From IMG/VR virus record IMGVR_UViG_3300028591_000072, positions 192,001 through 256,000 of that record: a stretch of 64,000 bases of DNA. One strand, given 5' to 3'. Both the position numbers and the translations under genes were made by a program. Within the stretch, counting starts at the first letter, position 1. Every line of letters begins with the position of its first letter. This document shows, piece by piece, positions 9,071-18,642 of the stretch. The stretch is from a virus. Lineage: Duplodnaviria; Caudoviricetes. The notes under the pieces were generated by a model. That model saw nothing but the letters and a program-made list of their open reading frames with translations. It had not been told where the DNA came from and ran no database searches.

Positions 9071-11002
9071 ATGGAAAACGGTATATCATATTTAAACAGA
9101 AATTTTGCTGACTATAAAGAGGCTTTAATAGAATATTCAAAAAAATATTATCCTGATTTATCAAAATCATACGATGATGCATCTGTTGCGTCTTGGCAAA
9201 TTGATTTGGCTGCTGATGTTGCTGATAATTTGTCATATCATATTGATAGGGTATTTCAAGAAACAAATATAGATACTGCACAAGAGCGTGGATCATTGTA
9301 TTCAATTGCCCGAAATAAGGGCGTAAAAATACCTGGGCCAAAAGGCGCAATGGCGGAGATGAAGATAAGTTTTACGCTTCCTGTTGACAATAATGCGCCA
9401 AATTACGAATATGCTCCAATTGTAAAAAGAGGGACAAAATTTTCTTCTCCGACTCAGACATTTGAATTGCTTGAAGACATTGATTTTGCAAGCCAATTTG
9501 ATAATGACGGAAATAGTAACAGAACAATTATTCCAACAACTAACACAAATGGGGTTATTACCGGATTTACTGTTTCTAAACTTGCAGTTGTCACTGCCGG
9601 AGAAACTAGAATATACAGACAAGCGGTTAAATCCAGTGATGTTTATCCTTTTATGGAAATAATTCTGCCATTTGAAGGTGTTATGAATGTCGAATCTGTT
9701 TTGGTTGTTGACGGAACCGATTCAAGAATGTTGCCACCGTCTTATGGCGAATTTTATTCTGATGGATGTGAGAACAAATCAGAGAGATTTTATGAAGTTG
9801 ATAATTTGGCTCAAAATTTTATTTGGGACGATTATTTTGATAGAAACGGAAAGCCGGTAAGATATGTATATGGCTATAAAATAAACGGAGTTCCTTCTGA
9901 AACTGCAAATTATTGTATTACTAGGGGAGAATGGAAGCCTGTTGAAAGAAAATTTATAACAGAGTACATGGATAACGGATACCTAAAGATTATTTTTGGC
10001 TCAGGAAATGGAAATGTTAATAAATTTAAAGGTAGTAATATGGCTGAATTTTCAAAATGGCAAATGACTAGAATTTTAAACAATAATAATCTTGGTGTTT
10101 TGCCTTCTCCTGATACAACAATATTTGTTCTATATAGACTTGGTGGTGGAAAATCAAGTAATGTTCCAAAGGGTGCAATAAACAAGGTGTCATCATTAAA
10201 TGCTGAATTTAGGGGTTCGCAAGAGTGGGCTGATAAGGTATATAGGACAATGAAAGTTGAAAACACAACACCATCTGTTTCTGGAAAAGATATGCCTACG
10301 GAACGTGAGTTAAAATATCTAATAAAATACAATAATGGTGCACAAGAAAGATGCGTTACTGTAAAAGACTATATTGATAGAATTTTAAGGCTTCCTCCAA
10401 AGTATGGTACACCATTTAGGGTTGGTGTTATGGAAGAAAACAACAAAATTGCGGTTTATTTGCTTGGAATAAATTCTCTTGGTAAATTAGATGAAAGTTT
10501 ACCAATCACACTTGTAAAAAATATTGAAGATTATCTTAAAGGATATAGGATGATTAATGATTTTGTTGAAATAAAAAGCGGTAGAATTATTAATCTTTCG
10601 TTTGACATAAATGTGATTATAGATAAAAATTATGATAAAGCGAGCGTTGTGTCTGGAATAATTTCTAAAATAACAAACTATTTTGATGTGAATTCTAGAT
10701 TCATGGGTGATGAAATTTATATTGGTGATATTGAAAAGGAAATATCAAAGTCTGATGGTGTTCTTAATCTTATAAGTTTTAATGTTTACAATGAGCATGG
10801 GGCTGGTTATTCAACAACACAGATTGGACAGGAAACAATATCAATGAATGAATTCGATGAACAAATATATTATCTTGGCGATGGAGATGCCGATTTAATT
10901 GACACTGAAGCCAGTGATGGAATATTATATGGTGATGGCGATAGCATGTTTGAAGTTAAATATCCTGAAAAGGACATTAGGGTGAGAATAAAAGAAAAGT
11001 AA
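9071..11002 (+). CDS. Baseplate wedge subunit, T4 gp6 / baseplate J-like
   Basis: YLNRNFADYKEALIEY...DNLSYHIDRVFQE...AQERGSLYSIARNKG, IIFGSG, YRLGGG..SNV, QERCVTVKDY. Confidence 0.88.
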   Translation: MENGISYLNRNFADYKEALIEYSKKYYPDLSKSYDDASVASWQIDLAADVADNLSYHIDRVFQETNIDTAQERGSLYSIARNKGVKIPGPKGAMAEMKISFTLPVDNNAPNYEYAPIVKRGTKFSSPTQTFELLEDIDFASQFDNDGNSNRTIIPTTNTNGVITGFTVSKLAVVTAGETRIYRQAVKSSDVYPFMEIILPFEGVMNVESVLVVDGTDSRMLPPSYGEFYSDGCENKSERFYEVDNLAQNFIWDDYFDRNGKPVRYVYGYKINGVPSETANYCITRGEWKPVERKFITEYMDNGYLKIIFGSGNGNVNKFKGSNMAEFSKWQMTRILNNNNLGVLPSPDTTIFVLYRLGGGKSSNVPKGAINKVSSLNAEFRGSQEWADKVYRTMKVENTTPSVSGKDMPTERELKYLIKYNNGAQERCVTVKDYIDRILRLPPKYGTPFRVGVMEENNKIAVYLLGINSLGKLDESLPITLVKNIEDYLKGYRMINDFVEIKSGRIINLSFDINVIIDKNYDKASVVSGIISKITNYFDVNSRFMGDEIYIGDIEKEISKSDGVLNLISFNVYNEHGAGYSTTQIGQETISMNEFDEQIYYLGDGDADLIDTEASDGILYGDGDSMFEVKYPEKDIRVRIKEK

Positions 11003-11030
11003 TGGCTTAATATAAATTGTGATTTTTAAT

Positions 11031-11055
11031 AGGGAGGATTATTTCTCCCTTTTTT
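11031..11055 (+). terminator. Rho-independent terminator
   Basis: AGGGAG...CTCCCT stem followed by a T run after the gp6-like gene. Confidence 0.65.
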
Positions 11056-11100
11056 GTTTATATTTATACTATTTTTCTTATATTTTAAAAAATAAGAATA

Positions 11101-11109
11101 ACTATTTAT
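11101..11109 (+). promoter_or_regulatory. Putative late-promoter motif ACTATTTAT
   Basis: Exact motif about 19 nt before the ATG at 11128, at the head of the long structural operon. Confidence 0.65.
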
Positions 11110-11127
11110 TAAAGACAATATTAGATA

Positions 11128-11367
11128 ATGGGATGTGGATGTAAAACAAGTCAACAATTATCATATTTGCAAAAAAAATATGGCTATAAACTACCGGAAA
11201 GCAAAAAGACAAATATTAAAGATATGTTTCTTGGCGGCATAAAAAGCGTTTTTTTTATCATTTTTATGATTCCTGCTGTACCTATAGTTGTCATTTATTT
11301 GGTTATAAGAAATTTAATTACAAAAAAGCCTGTTGATATAAACAAAATTTTTAAAATAAAAAAGTAA
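11128..11367 (+). CDS. Small membrane protein with N-terminal MGCGCK motif
   Basis: 79 aa, one hydrophobic helix (VFFIIFMIPAVPIVVIYLVI), basic C-terminus; tightly coupled to the next gene. Confidence 0.7.
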   Translation: MGCGCKTSQQLSYLQKKYGYKLPESKKTNIKDMFLGGIKSVFFIIFMIPAVPIVVIYLVIRNLITKKPVDINKIFKIKK

Positions 11368-11370
11368 TTT

Positions 11371-14300
11371 ATGGCAGATACTAATAAATCATATAGGATA
11401 AGAACAAGGATAGGTTCTGAAAATACCGATGAATACATCACTGTCAATGCGGACCTTGTACAAGATTATGACACATTTGAGGTTCTTTCAGTAAACATAA
11501 AAAGCAAGGATGCTTACAGTTTGCATAATTCTAATTATGGTGTCGTTGTTGGACGTGTTATTGCAAATAATGGATTTGGAATACCAAACGCAAAAATAAG
11601 TATATTCATTTCGGCTGATTCGAATGAAACAGGCGATATTAGTTATTTGTATCCGTTTTCATCTAGCGTTTCAAAGGATAGAAATGGCGTAAAATACAAT
11701 CTTCTTCCAAATGAAAGGGTTGATGGGTGCCATCAACAGGTTGGTACGTTTCCTTCAAAAAGGTATGCGCTTGATAATGATGTTATTCTTGAGGTCTATG
11801 ATAAATATTATACGTATACTACAAGGACAAATAATTCAGGAGATTATATGATTTGTGGCGTTCCTGTTGGTGCTCATACACTTCATATGGATTTGGACTT
11901 ATCTGATTGTGGCATTTTATCACAAAAGCCAAGGGATTTTGTTTATAAAGGATATACTATAGAACAATTTGAAAGTCCGACAAAATTTAAAAGTGGCACT
12001 GACTTCAATAATTTAAGCCAAATTTTCACACAAGACCAAGTTGTTAATGTTAATCCATTTTGGGGCAATAGTGACATTGGAGAAACAATTGGAATAACTA
12101 GGGCTGATATTGATGTTAATTTTAAATTTGAGTCAACTTGTGTGTTCATGGGGTCTATTTTTAGCGATAACTCGTCAAATGGTTTTTCAAAAAAATGTAT
12201 ACCAACAGAAAACATGGGCAACATGGAAGAATTGGTTACTGGTGAGGGAAAAATCGAAATGATTAGAAAAACGCCAGGAGGAAATATTGAACAATTTGTG
12301 ATAAATGGTAACAAATTAATAAATGCAAATGGCGTTTGGTGTTATCAGATACCAATGAATCTTGACTATATGGTCACAGATGAATATGGGAACATGGTTC
12401 CTACAGATAATCCAGAAAAGGGGCTTGCAACAAGGGCTTCTGTTAGGTTTAGAATATCAATGGAAGATACTGAAGAAAATACTGACAATTTCTTTAGGGG
12501 AAAAGTTTTGGTTCCGAATAATCCGCAAAAGGCAATAATTGAGAATATTGGGCAAAATGGAATAACGGCTTTTGCATCGGTTTCAAAGGAAAGTTATGAT
12601 TATGAATTTGGAACATATACAAAGGAAGATTCGTTTAGGGATTTGTTTTGGAATAATGTATATTCTGTCAAATCATATGTTCCAAGGATACAAAAGTCGG
12701 CAAATTGGAACTCAAAACCTAGATTTTCTGGTATAAAACATTGTCAAAATTACGGCCCAAACAATCCAATACCATATAATAACATAAGAATCAAATTGCC
12801 ACTTATGTTCGCTATAATGTGTGCATTGATTAAGGCTTATATTTTTATCGTTTCTATTATTAATACTGTTACTGTATGGATATTTAGGATATTAGCGTGG
12901 ATTGCGGATAATGTATATTCAGATTTATTTGAATGGCCCAATAGATTAGTTGGTAGAGTTGCCAATTCTATGTGCAATTTAAGACTTATTGTTTTAAAAG
13001 ATGGCCTTTGTCCTGATTTAGAAAATTGGTATTTTGCACCATCAATGAATACTGAAAAATCAAATACAAATCCATATTATTTTAGTGGATATACTTCCCA
13101 TGAAAAGATACAAGAAGGGTTTGCAGTCGCATATTTTGGCGGCTCTGCAAAACATGGCGAAGATGATGATGGGTATGACTATTCTGAAAATGGTTTTAAA
13201 AGTGGAATGACATTAATGGATTGCGATAACAGACATTGTACTGGAGGAACAGTTCCACAAAGTTTTGATGAAGCAAGAAAATCTGATAAATTATGTTGGT
13301 CTGTTAATATTATGGAAAGAACTTTAGGTTCTATTGCTTCTGAAGAATTTGAACAAGATGATGGTGTTTCAATAGATGCTGCAAATAACGAGGAAAAAGG
13401 AGTTGAACCTATTTGTATTACAAAAAAAACAGATTACCTAATTTCATGTATTGAGATGAATTTGGCTCAAGAATATAAGGTTATAAATTTTGATTTTTAC
13501 AATGACTGGATTAATGGTGCTATATATAATCCAAGGTGGGTTAGATATGTGAAGAAAAAGGTAAGGTTTCTATGGATTACTTGGGCAAATGAAAAGGTTA
13601 AGGGGTGTATGGATGATTCTAGAATTTTTTCATTACAAAGGTATTATGTACAACAATGTGCAATTGGATATGAGAAAAAAACAATAGATGGGTATAATAC
13701 AATCTCAAATGTTAGTAATCCGTTGACTAATCCAGATGATAAAAAAATTGTTGTTAGAAGTAACAATTTTCATAAAAAGCACGGTATGAAATTATATCGT
13801 GTATTCGGGTTAAATGGTGGAATATGCCATGAATTAACAACAACAAAGGGCCAAAAAGTATACTATTTGAAGCCTTGTGAATTTGATAAAAGCGGAAAGA
13901 AAGTAAACTTATTTGCAACGGATATAATACTTCTTGGCACATTTAATGATTGTGATATAAACGGGGTTCCAAAAACATTTCAACATTTGACGAGTTCGAC
14001 ATATATAATGCCAACAAACCTTGCTCTTACAAATATGGATACAAATGGTCCATTGTATGCTAAAGATAATGGAACAATCTGTTTAGGTAATGGTGAGGTT
14101 GTTGAAAACAATATAAAAGAAATAGAACAAACAATAAAAAGTGAGATAGAATATTATAAAGGGACTCAACAGGATATATCTCCACAAAATAGATTTATGG
14201 ATAATGAAACATTTGGTGATACAATGGCGATTACTGAGGCGGCTGGTATATCGTGGAATTATACAGGCCCATCACAAGGTAACATAGATGAGAAAAAAAT

Positions 14301-17300
14301 GTATTATCCTGGCGGCCATTTTCTTGGATTAAGTTGCGTAAATGCACAAACAAATATAAAAACATGCCTAAATTTATCTAGAATTTGTGAAATAGGAACG
14401 GAAATGTCTCAAAGAAAAGAAAATGTTCGTTCTGTTAATGAAAACGGGTTTTCTTATACATATTCTGTTCCTACTGGTTTCATTTCAGGAGATGATATTT
14501 CTGATGTTGATTTTAGGTCAATGTTTGCTACATTAAACAAAAAACGACTTAAGGCCACAAAAAGGAATAATTCGACTGGTTATAAATTTTATGATTTTGA
14601 ATTTTCTTCTCAAAGAAATTTTGACGGTGCATTTCGAGAACTTGTCTATGAGCAATATCCTGATGGAAATCCGTATAACATGAAAATTAAACAGGTTGAA
14701 GAAGATTTGTCTGAGTATGGAATAAGAAACGGAAATGACAGAAATGATTTCGATTCAGAAGAGGCTGATAATACTCAGACAAGAACAATGGAATCTTTTA
14801 ACCTTGACTATTATTTGTTTAGATTTGGTCTCACATATGATAAAGCGAATAAAGGTTCTGAAAAGTTTTTGATTCGTGAATATGATGATGAAAGTAAATC
14901 AAACAAATATTATTTACCTCAATATGAAAATAGTTTTTATTTTTATTTTGGACTTCAAAATGGAGCAACGGCTCTTGATGAATTTAACAAGCAATTTTAT
15001 GCAGAGTGCGATGAAATAAAAGTAAAAAAAGAGCCAAAACTGTTTTTGATAAGTGATATAACAAGTTTTTGTGAAGGAAAGGGTACAATACAAGCAATGA
15101 CTGAGGGTATATCAGTTCCTTATCAGTCAATTGAGGTTTATTGCCATGAGACAAAAGAAAAATATGTAATTGGCGAAAGACTAGAATATGATGCGGAAAT
15201 TGCGGTATTGAACCAAGAAACTTTCTATATTCCAAAAGAAGAAGAGTCTGCACATACGTTTGACTTTGGGAAATACACAGTGACTGTTACAGATGAAGAT
15301 GGAATTGTTGTAAGTAATGATGTTGAACTTGGGATAGATTTGTTTACATACAGTTATAGTGTTGTTAATTTTAATGTGAATTGCGATAGCGATAATTGGT
15401 ATAGTTCTGAAATTTCTGTTTTTGATGGCGGGTTTGTTGCTGTTGAGAATTTTTCGTCCGCATATAACGATGATAGTGTTGAATATAGATTTGAATTGAT
15501 GTCTGAAGATGAAGATTGGTATAATGGCGAATGGATGTCGGTACTTTATAATGATGCCGTTGACCATATTGTTGATGAAGAGCATGATATTGATTGGTAT
15601 GTGGCATTTGGTAGAAAAAAAGACATTAAGTATGGAATATATTTACGATATAAGTGCAAAGACTCTGACAATTTTGTTAATATTAGAATTGGGGAAGTTA
15701 AATTTAAAGATAATTCAGACGTTCAATTGAGAATAGGGTATAAAGATTCTGATGCGAATTTTGACCCGTTTACTAAAAATTATGGCGATATCATTGTTAA
15801 CCAATATCGTGATTGGTGGTGGGATTCAAATACTCTTGATATTGGTGCTGAATTGCATCAGGATTTGGATTGGAGATGGTTTTTGAGGAAAATGTTTTTC
15901 AAGCAAAAAAATGATGACACGTTTGATAGTAATGTTTTTGCTGTTGGTGGTAGAAAAGTTCTTTGGGGCGTTCCGCAATCAAGAAATATGGCGCAATTGA
16001 ATGGGTGGGACAGGATATATTGTTCTGACCGTATTTATGAGTTGCCAAGCGGAACATATTTAGATGATACTAGAACAATAACTCCAACTTATGGCACTAA
16101 TGTTTGTGGGTATGTGGATAGTGATGATTCTGATACAATGTCAAAGTCAGTAGGTGGAAATAAAGGAAACGGCACTTGTACTTATCATTATTGTGCACAA
16201 GCATATAATGGTACTGATGTGAGTGGGTATTTTGGATTTGCGTATGATAGAAACAATTATTATGGACATGGTAAATTGTTTGAAATGTGGAACGGATATA
16301 AATTTTTCCATGAGGGGTATGGATGTGTATTTAAACCTCTTCCGTTTGGAAATTTAATATTCTTCGAATATAATGGTGCTGATGATTTGCTTGAACAAAT
16401 AGAGGAAAGAACAGATACACTTTTTGGGGTTGTTTATCCAACTTTTATATATCCTGTAATCAAAAGGCCATTCTTTGCCAATTTCAAAATGGTTATATGG
16501 AATGAGAATGGAGTTGCTAGTAAAATTAGCGATGATGGAGAATATATTTTATCAAATATCAATAAAAACTATGGCGCAAAAATACTTCTTAATATACGAA
16601 ATGGTATTACATATAATAGAAAGTTTTCCCAAATTGAATTTTTTGATGAAAACTTAGAAAATGTTTCTGTTGAATACGGAGATACACATGGGCTTGGTGA
16701 AACGTCAAGTGAAGATAGAATCCATACAATAAATTGGTATAAAAATATTTGCTTTGACACTTTTAATCAAGGTGAATATAACAATAGTATAGATTTACAT
16801 ATAACCGAAGGGTATCCGGAAACATTAGGTTATAATTATGCGAATGGGTATCATTTGAATAAGTCATATGATTTTTTGGAAAATATTGTTTATGGAATTG
16901 AAGGCAATAAAATAACATTTGCAACGGCGTTAAACGATATTGAAAACAATGTTGAGTATTATGTGGGGCATTATAACCTATCATCTGACGGAATAGAGTT
17001 TTTATCTACAAAATCAATTTATTCTGATGATAAATATGCATGCACCTCAACTACAAGTACATTGTATAATGTCGTATTATGCGTTGCTGGGTGTAAATTC
17101 AAAGAATCTGAAAATATTCATGTTAGCAAATGGTATAGGGATGTGTTTGTTGAACTTTATGGATTTCATAATTATACATGGGTCATTAAATATGAATATA
17201 AAGACGCATATGGAACTGAACAAGAATTTACTGATAGTTTTTACAGCACAAAACCGTTAAATGGGGTTTTAGATTCGATTTATAATGGTGAAACATTTTT

Positions 17301-18642
17301 TCTTGAAAAAGCAGGTTCTTTTGTTTTCCCATTTAAGCCAATTTTGAATTATTATGTAAAAGAACATATAAAAATAGGCGGTGTCGAATACGATAATTTT
17401 GATAAATTCATGCAGAAATTAATAAAAAATAAGAAATTAATGCCAATTAATTACCTTAATTCGTTAAGCCCTGTTGGGAATGGTGATGTTGTTTTTTGTG
17501 TAGGCGTTAAAACAATCCAAAGTAGTGAAGATATAAACGTTGTATCTCAGGTGTATAAGGTTTATCCTAATATTACAAAGGCAATAACGACAGGAAACGG
17601 CTCTTATGATTTAATAATAACATCTGAACAGGAAGGTAATTGTATCTTCTATCATTGTGGTGGAAAAGTTGATATGTCTGTTGGTTGTGGTTCTCCATGT
17701 AATATTGTATTTGAATCTGAGGGGTTATGGTGCTATTATGAAATCAATGGCGAAATGTATTATGGAAGACATGAAGTTACGTTTGATGGCATAAATAAAG
17801 TACCAATTTCAATTTGCGCAGATTATTATACTGTCCCTACAAATACGACACCAAGGTCGTGTAAATTTAAAATATATTCAGTATTTGGTGCTATTCGTGA
17901 TACTTATGAATTAACTGTAATACAATATTCAGATTACACTGGAAGTATTTCTGTTAATGAAGGTCCAATTATTCTTGAGTGTAGGCATAGTGATGTTACT
18001 ATACCGTTTGATAGTTCGGGACAAATGCTTGTTTATGTTTCAACTGAGCCTGTATATACTGAAAGTGATTGGATTCAAATAAGTAATAGTCCTGTGCAGG
18101 TAACTGAAAATGCAAATGTAACTGTCGTAGTTAGGTATAATGGTGGCGAACAACAAAGAAGCGTGTTAGTTGTACTAACTCCTGAGTGCGGCGAGGCTAA
18201 ACGTGTTAAAATTATTCAGAATTCGCCTAAAGTACCTCCGTTTAATGTTATAGCAAATAAGATTAGGACTAATCATGGGTATTTACCTCAACATGATGGT
18301 GAAGACCATTATTCTTATGATGCTAAACTTCTTCTTGAGTTCCCTGATTTGGAAATGCTTGAAAATTATAACATAGTAATTGAGTGTGAAATTGAGACAA
18401 AGGTTTATGATTTTGATGAGAAAAAACTTAAATATAACTATTATACTCAGTATTTAACATTATACAAAGACTTTATAACAAGTCAATTGCCATACGGAGG
18501 TGTTCATGTCTGGGTAGGTGGCCAAGCTGCTGATTATGATTTAAGGTGTACTTCAATAAAGGTTATTGATGGATATAATGGGCACTATACTGATTTTAAT
18601 AATAAGGTTAATATAACAAATAACGCTAGCCAATGGGGATAA
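11371..18642 (+). CDS. Giant virion structural protein (2423 aa): N-terminal beta-sandwich (carboxypeptidase-regulatory-like), internal hydrophobic segment, C-terminal BACON-like domains
   Basis: GVVVGRV...GIPNAKISIF...TNNSGDYMICGVPVGAHTL; hydrophobic LMFAIMCALIKAYIFIVSIINTVTVWIFRILAWIA; SDWIQIS...VTVVVRYNGGEQQRSVLVVL...VKIIQ resembles BACON; position within the baseplate operon. Confidence 0.7.
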   Translation: MADTNKSYRIRTRIGSENTDEYITVNADLVQDYDTFEVLSVNIKSKDAYSLHNSNYGVVVGRVIANNGFGIPNAKISIFISADSNETGDISYLYPFSSSVSKDRNGVKYNLLPNERVDGCHQQVGTFPSKRYALDNDVILEVYDKYYTYTTRTNNSGDYMICGVPVGAHTLHMDLDLSDCGILSQKPRDFVYKGYTIEQFESPTKFKSGTDFNNLSQIFTQDQVVNVNPFWGNSDIGETIGITRADIDVNFKFESTCVFMGSIFSDNSSNGFSKKCIPTENMGNMEELVTGEGKIEMIRKTPGGNIEQFVINGNKLINANGVWCYQIPMNLDYMVTDEYGNMVPTDNPEKGLATRASVRFRISMEDTEENTDNFFRGKVLVPNNPQKAIIENIGQNGITAFASVSKESYDYEFGTYTKEDSFRDLFWNNVYSVKSYVPRIQKSANWNSKPRFSGIKHCQNYGPNNPIPYNNIRIKLPLMFAIMCALIKAYIFIVSIINTVTVWIFRILAWIADNVYSDLFEWPNRLVGRVANSMCNLRLIVLKDGLCPDLENWYFAPSMNTEKSNTNPYYFSGYTSHEKIQEGFAVAYFGGSAKHGEDDDGYDYSENGFKSGMTLMDCDNRHCTGGTVPQSFDEARKSDKLCWSVNIMERTLGSIASEEFEQDDGVSIDAANNEEKGVEPICITKKTDYLISCIEMNLAQEYKVINFDFYNDWINGAIYNPRWVRYVKKKVRFLWITWANEKVKGCMDDSRIFSLQRYYVQQCAIGYEKKTIDGYNTISNVSNPLTNPDDKKIVVRSNNFHKKHGMKLYRVFGLNGGICHELTTTKGQKVYYLKPCEFDKSGKKVNLFATDIILLGTFNDCDINGVPKTFQHLTSSTYIMPTNLALTNMDTNGPLYAKDNGTICLGNGEVVENNIKEIEQTIKSEIEYYKGTQQDISPQNRFMDNETFGDTMAITEAAGISWNYTGPSQGNIDEKKMYYPGGHFLGLSCVNAQTNIKTCLNLSRICEIGTEMSQRKENVRSVNENGFSYTYSVPTGFISGDDISDVDFRSMFATLNKKRLKATKRNNSTGYKFYDFEFSSQRNFDGAFRELVYEQYPDGNPYNMKIKQVEEDLSEYGIRNGNDRNDFDSEEADNTQTRTMESFNLDYYLFRFGLTYDKANKGSEKFLIREYDDESKSNKYYLPQYENSFYFYFGLQNGATALDEFNKQFYAECDEIKVKKEPKLFLISDITSFCEGKGTIQAMTEGISVPYQSIEVYCHETKEKYVIGERLEYDAEIAVLNQETFYIPKEEESAHTFDFGKYTVTVTDEDGIVVSNDVELGIDLFTYSYSVVNFNVNCDSDNWYSSEISVFDGGFVAVENFSSAYNDDSVEYRFELMSEDEDWYNGEWMSVLYNDAVDHIVDEEHDIDWYVAFGRKKDIKYGIYLRYKCKDSDNFVNIRIGEVKFKDNSDVQLRIGYKDSDANFDPFTKNYGDIIVNQYRDWWWDSNTLDIGAELHQDLDWRWFLRKMFFKQKNDDTFDSNVFAVGGRKVLWGVPQSRNMAQLNGWDRIYCSDRIYELPSGTYLDDTRTITPTYGTNVCGYVDSDDSDTMSKSVGGNKGNGTCTYHYCAQAYNGTDVSGYFGFAYDRNNYYGHGKLFEMWNGYKFFHEGYGCVFKPLPFGNLIFFEYNGADDLLEQIEERTDTLFGVVYPTFIYPVIKRPFFANFKMVIWNENGVASKISDDGEYILSNINKNYGAKILLNIRNGITYNRKFSQIEFFDENLENVSVEYGDTHGLGETSSEDRIHTINWYKNICFDTFNQGEYNNSIDLHITEGYPETLGYNYANGYHLNKSYDFLENIVYGIEGNKITFATALNDIENNVEYYVGHYNLSSDGIEFLSTKSIYSDDKYACTSTTSTLYNVVLCVAGCKFKESENIHVSKWYRDVFVELYGFHNYTWVIKYEYKDAYGTEQEFTDSFYSTKPLNGVLDSIYNGETFFLEKAGSFVFPFKPILNYYVKEHIKIGGVEYDNFDKFMQKLIKNKKLMPINYLNSLSPVGNGDVVFCVGVKTIQSSEDINVVSQVYKVYPNITKAITTGNGSYDLIITSEQEGNCIFYHCGGKVDMSVGCGSPCNIVFESEGLWCYYEINGEMYYGRHEVTFDGINKVPISICADYYTVPTNTTPRSCKFKIYSVFGAIRDTYELTVIQYSDYTGSISVNEGPIILECRHSDVTIPFDSSGQMLVYVSTEPVYTESDWIQISNSPVQVTENANVTVVVRYNGGEQQRSVLVVLTPECGEAKRVKIIQNSPKVPPFNVIANKIRTNHGYLPQHDGEDHYSYDAKLLLEFPDLEMLENYNIVIECEIETKVYDFDEKKLKYNYYTQYLTLYKDFITSQLPYGGVHVWVGGQAADYDLRCTSIKVIDGYNGHYTDFNNKVNITNNASQWG

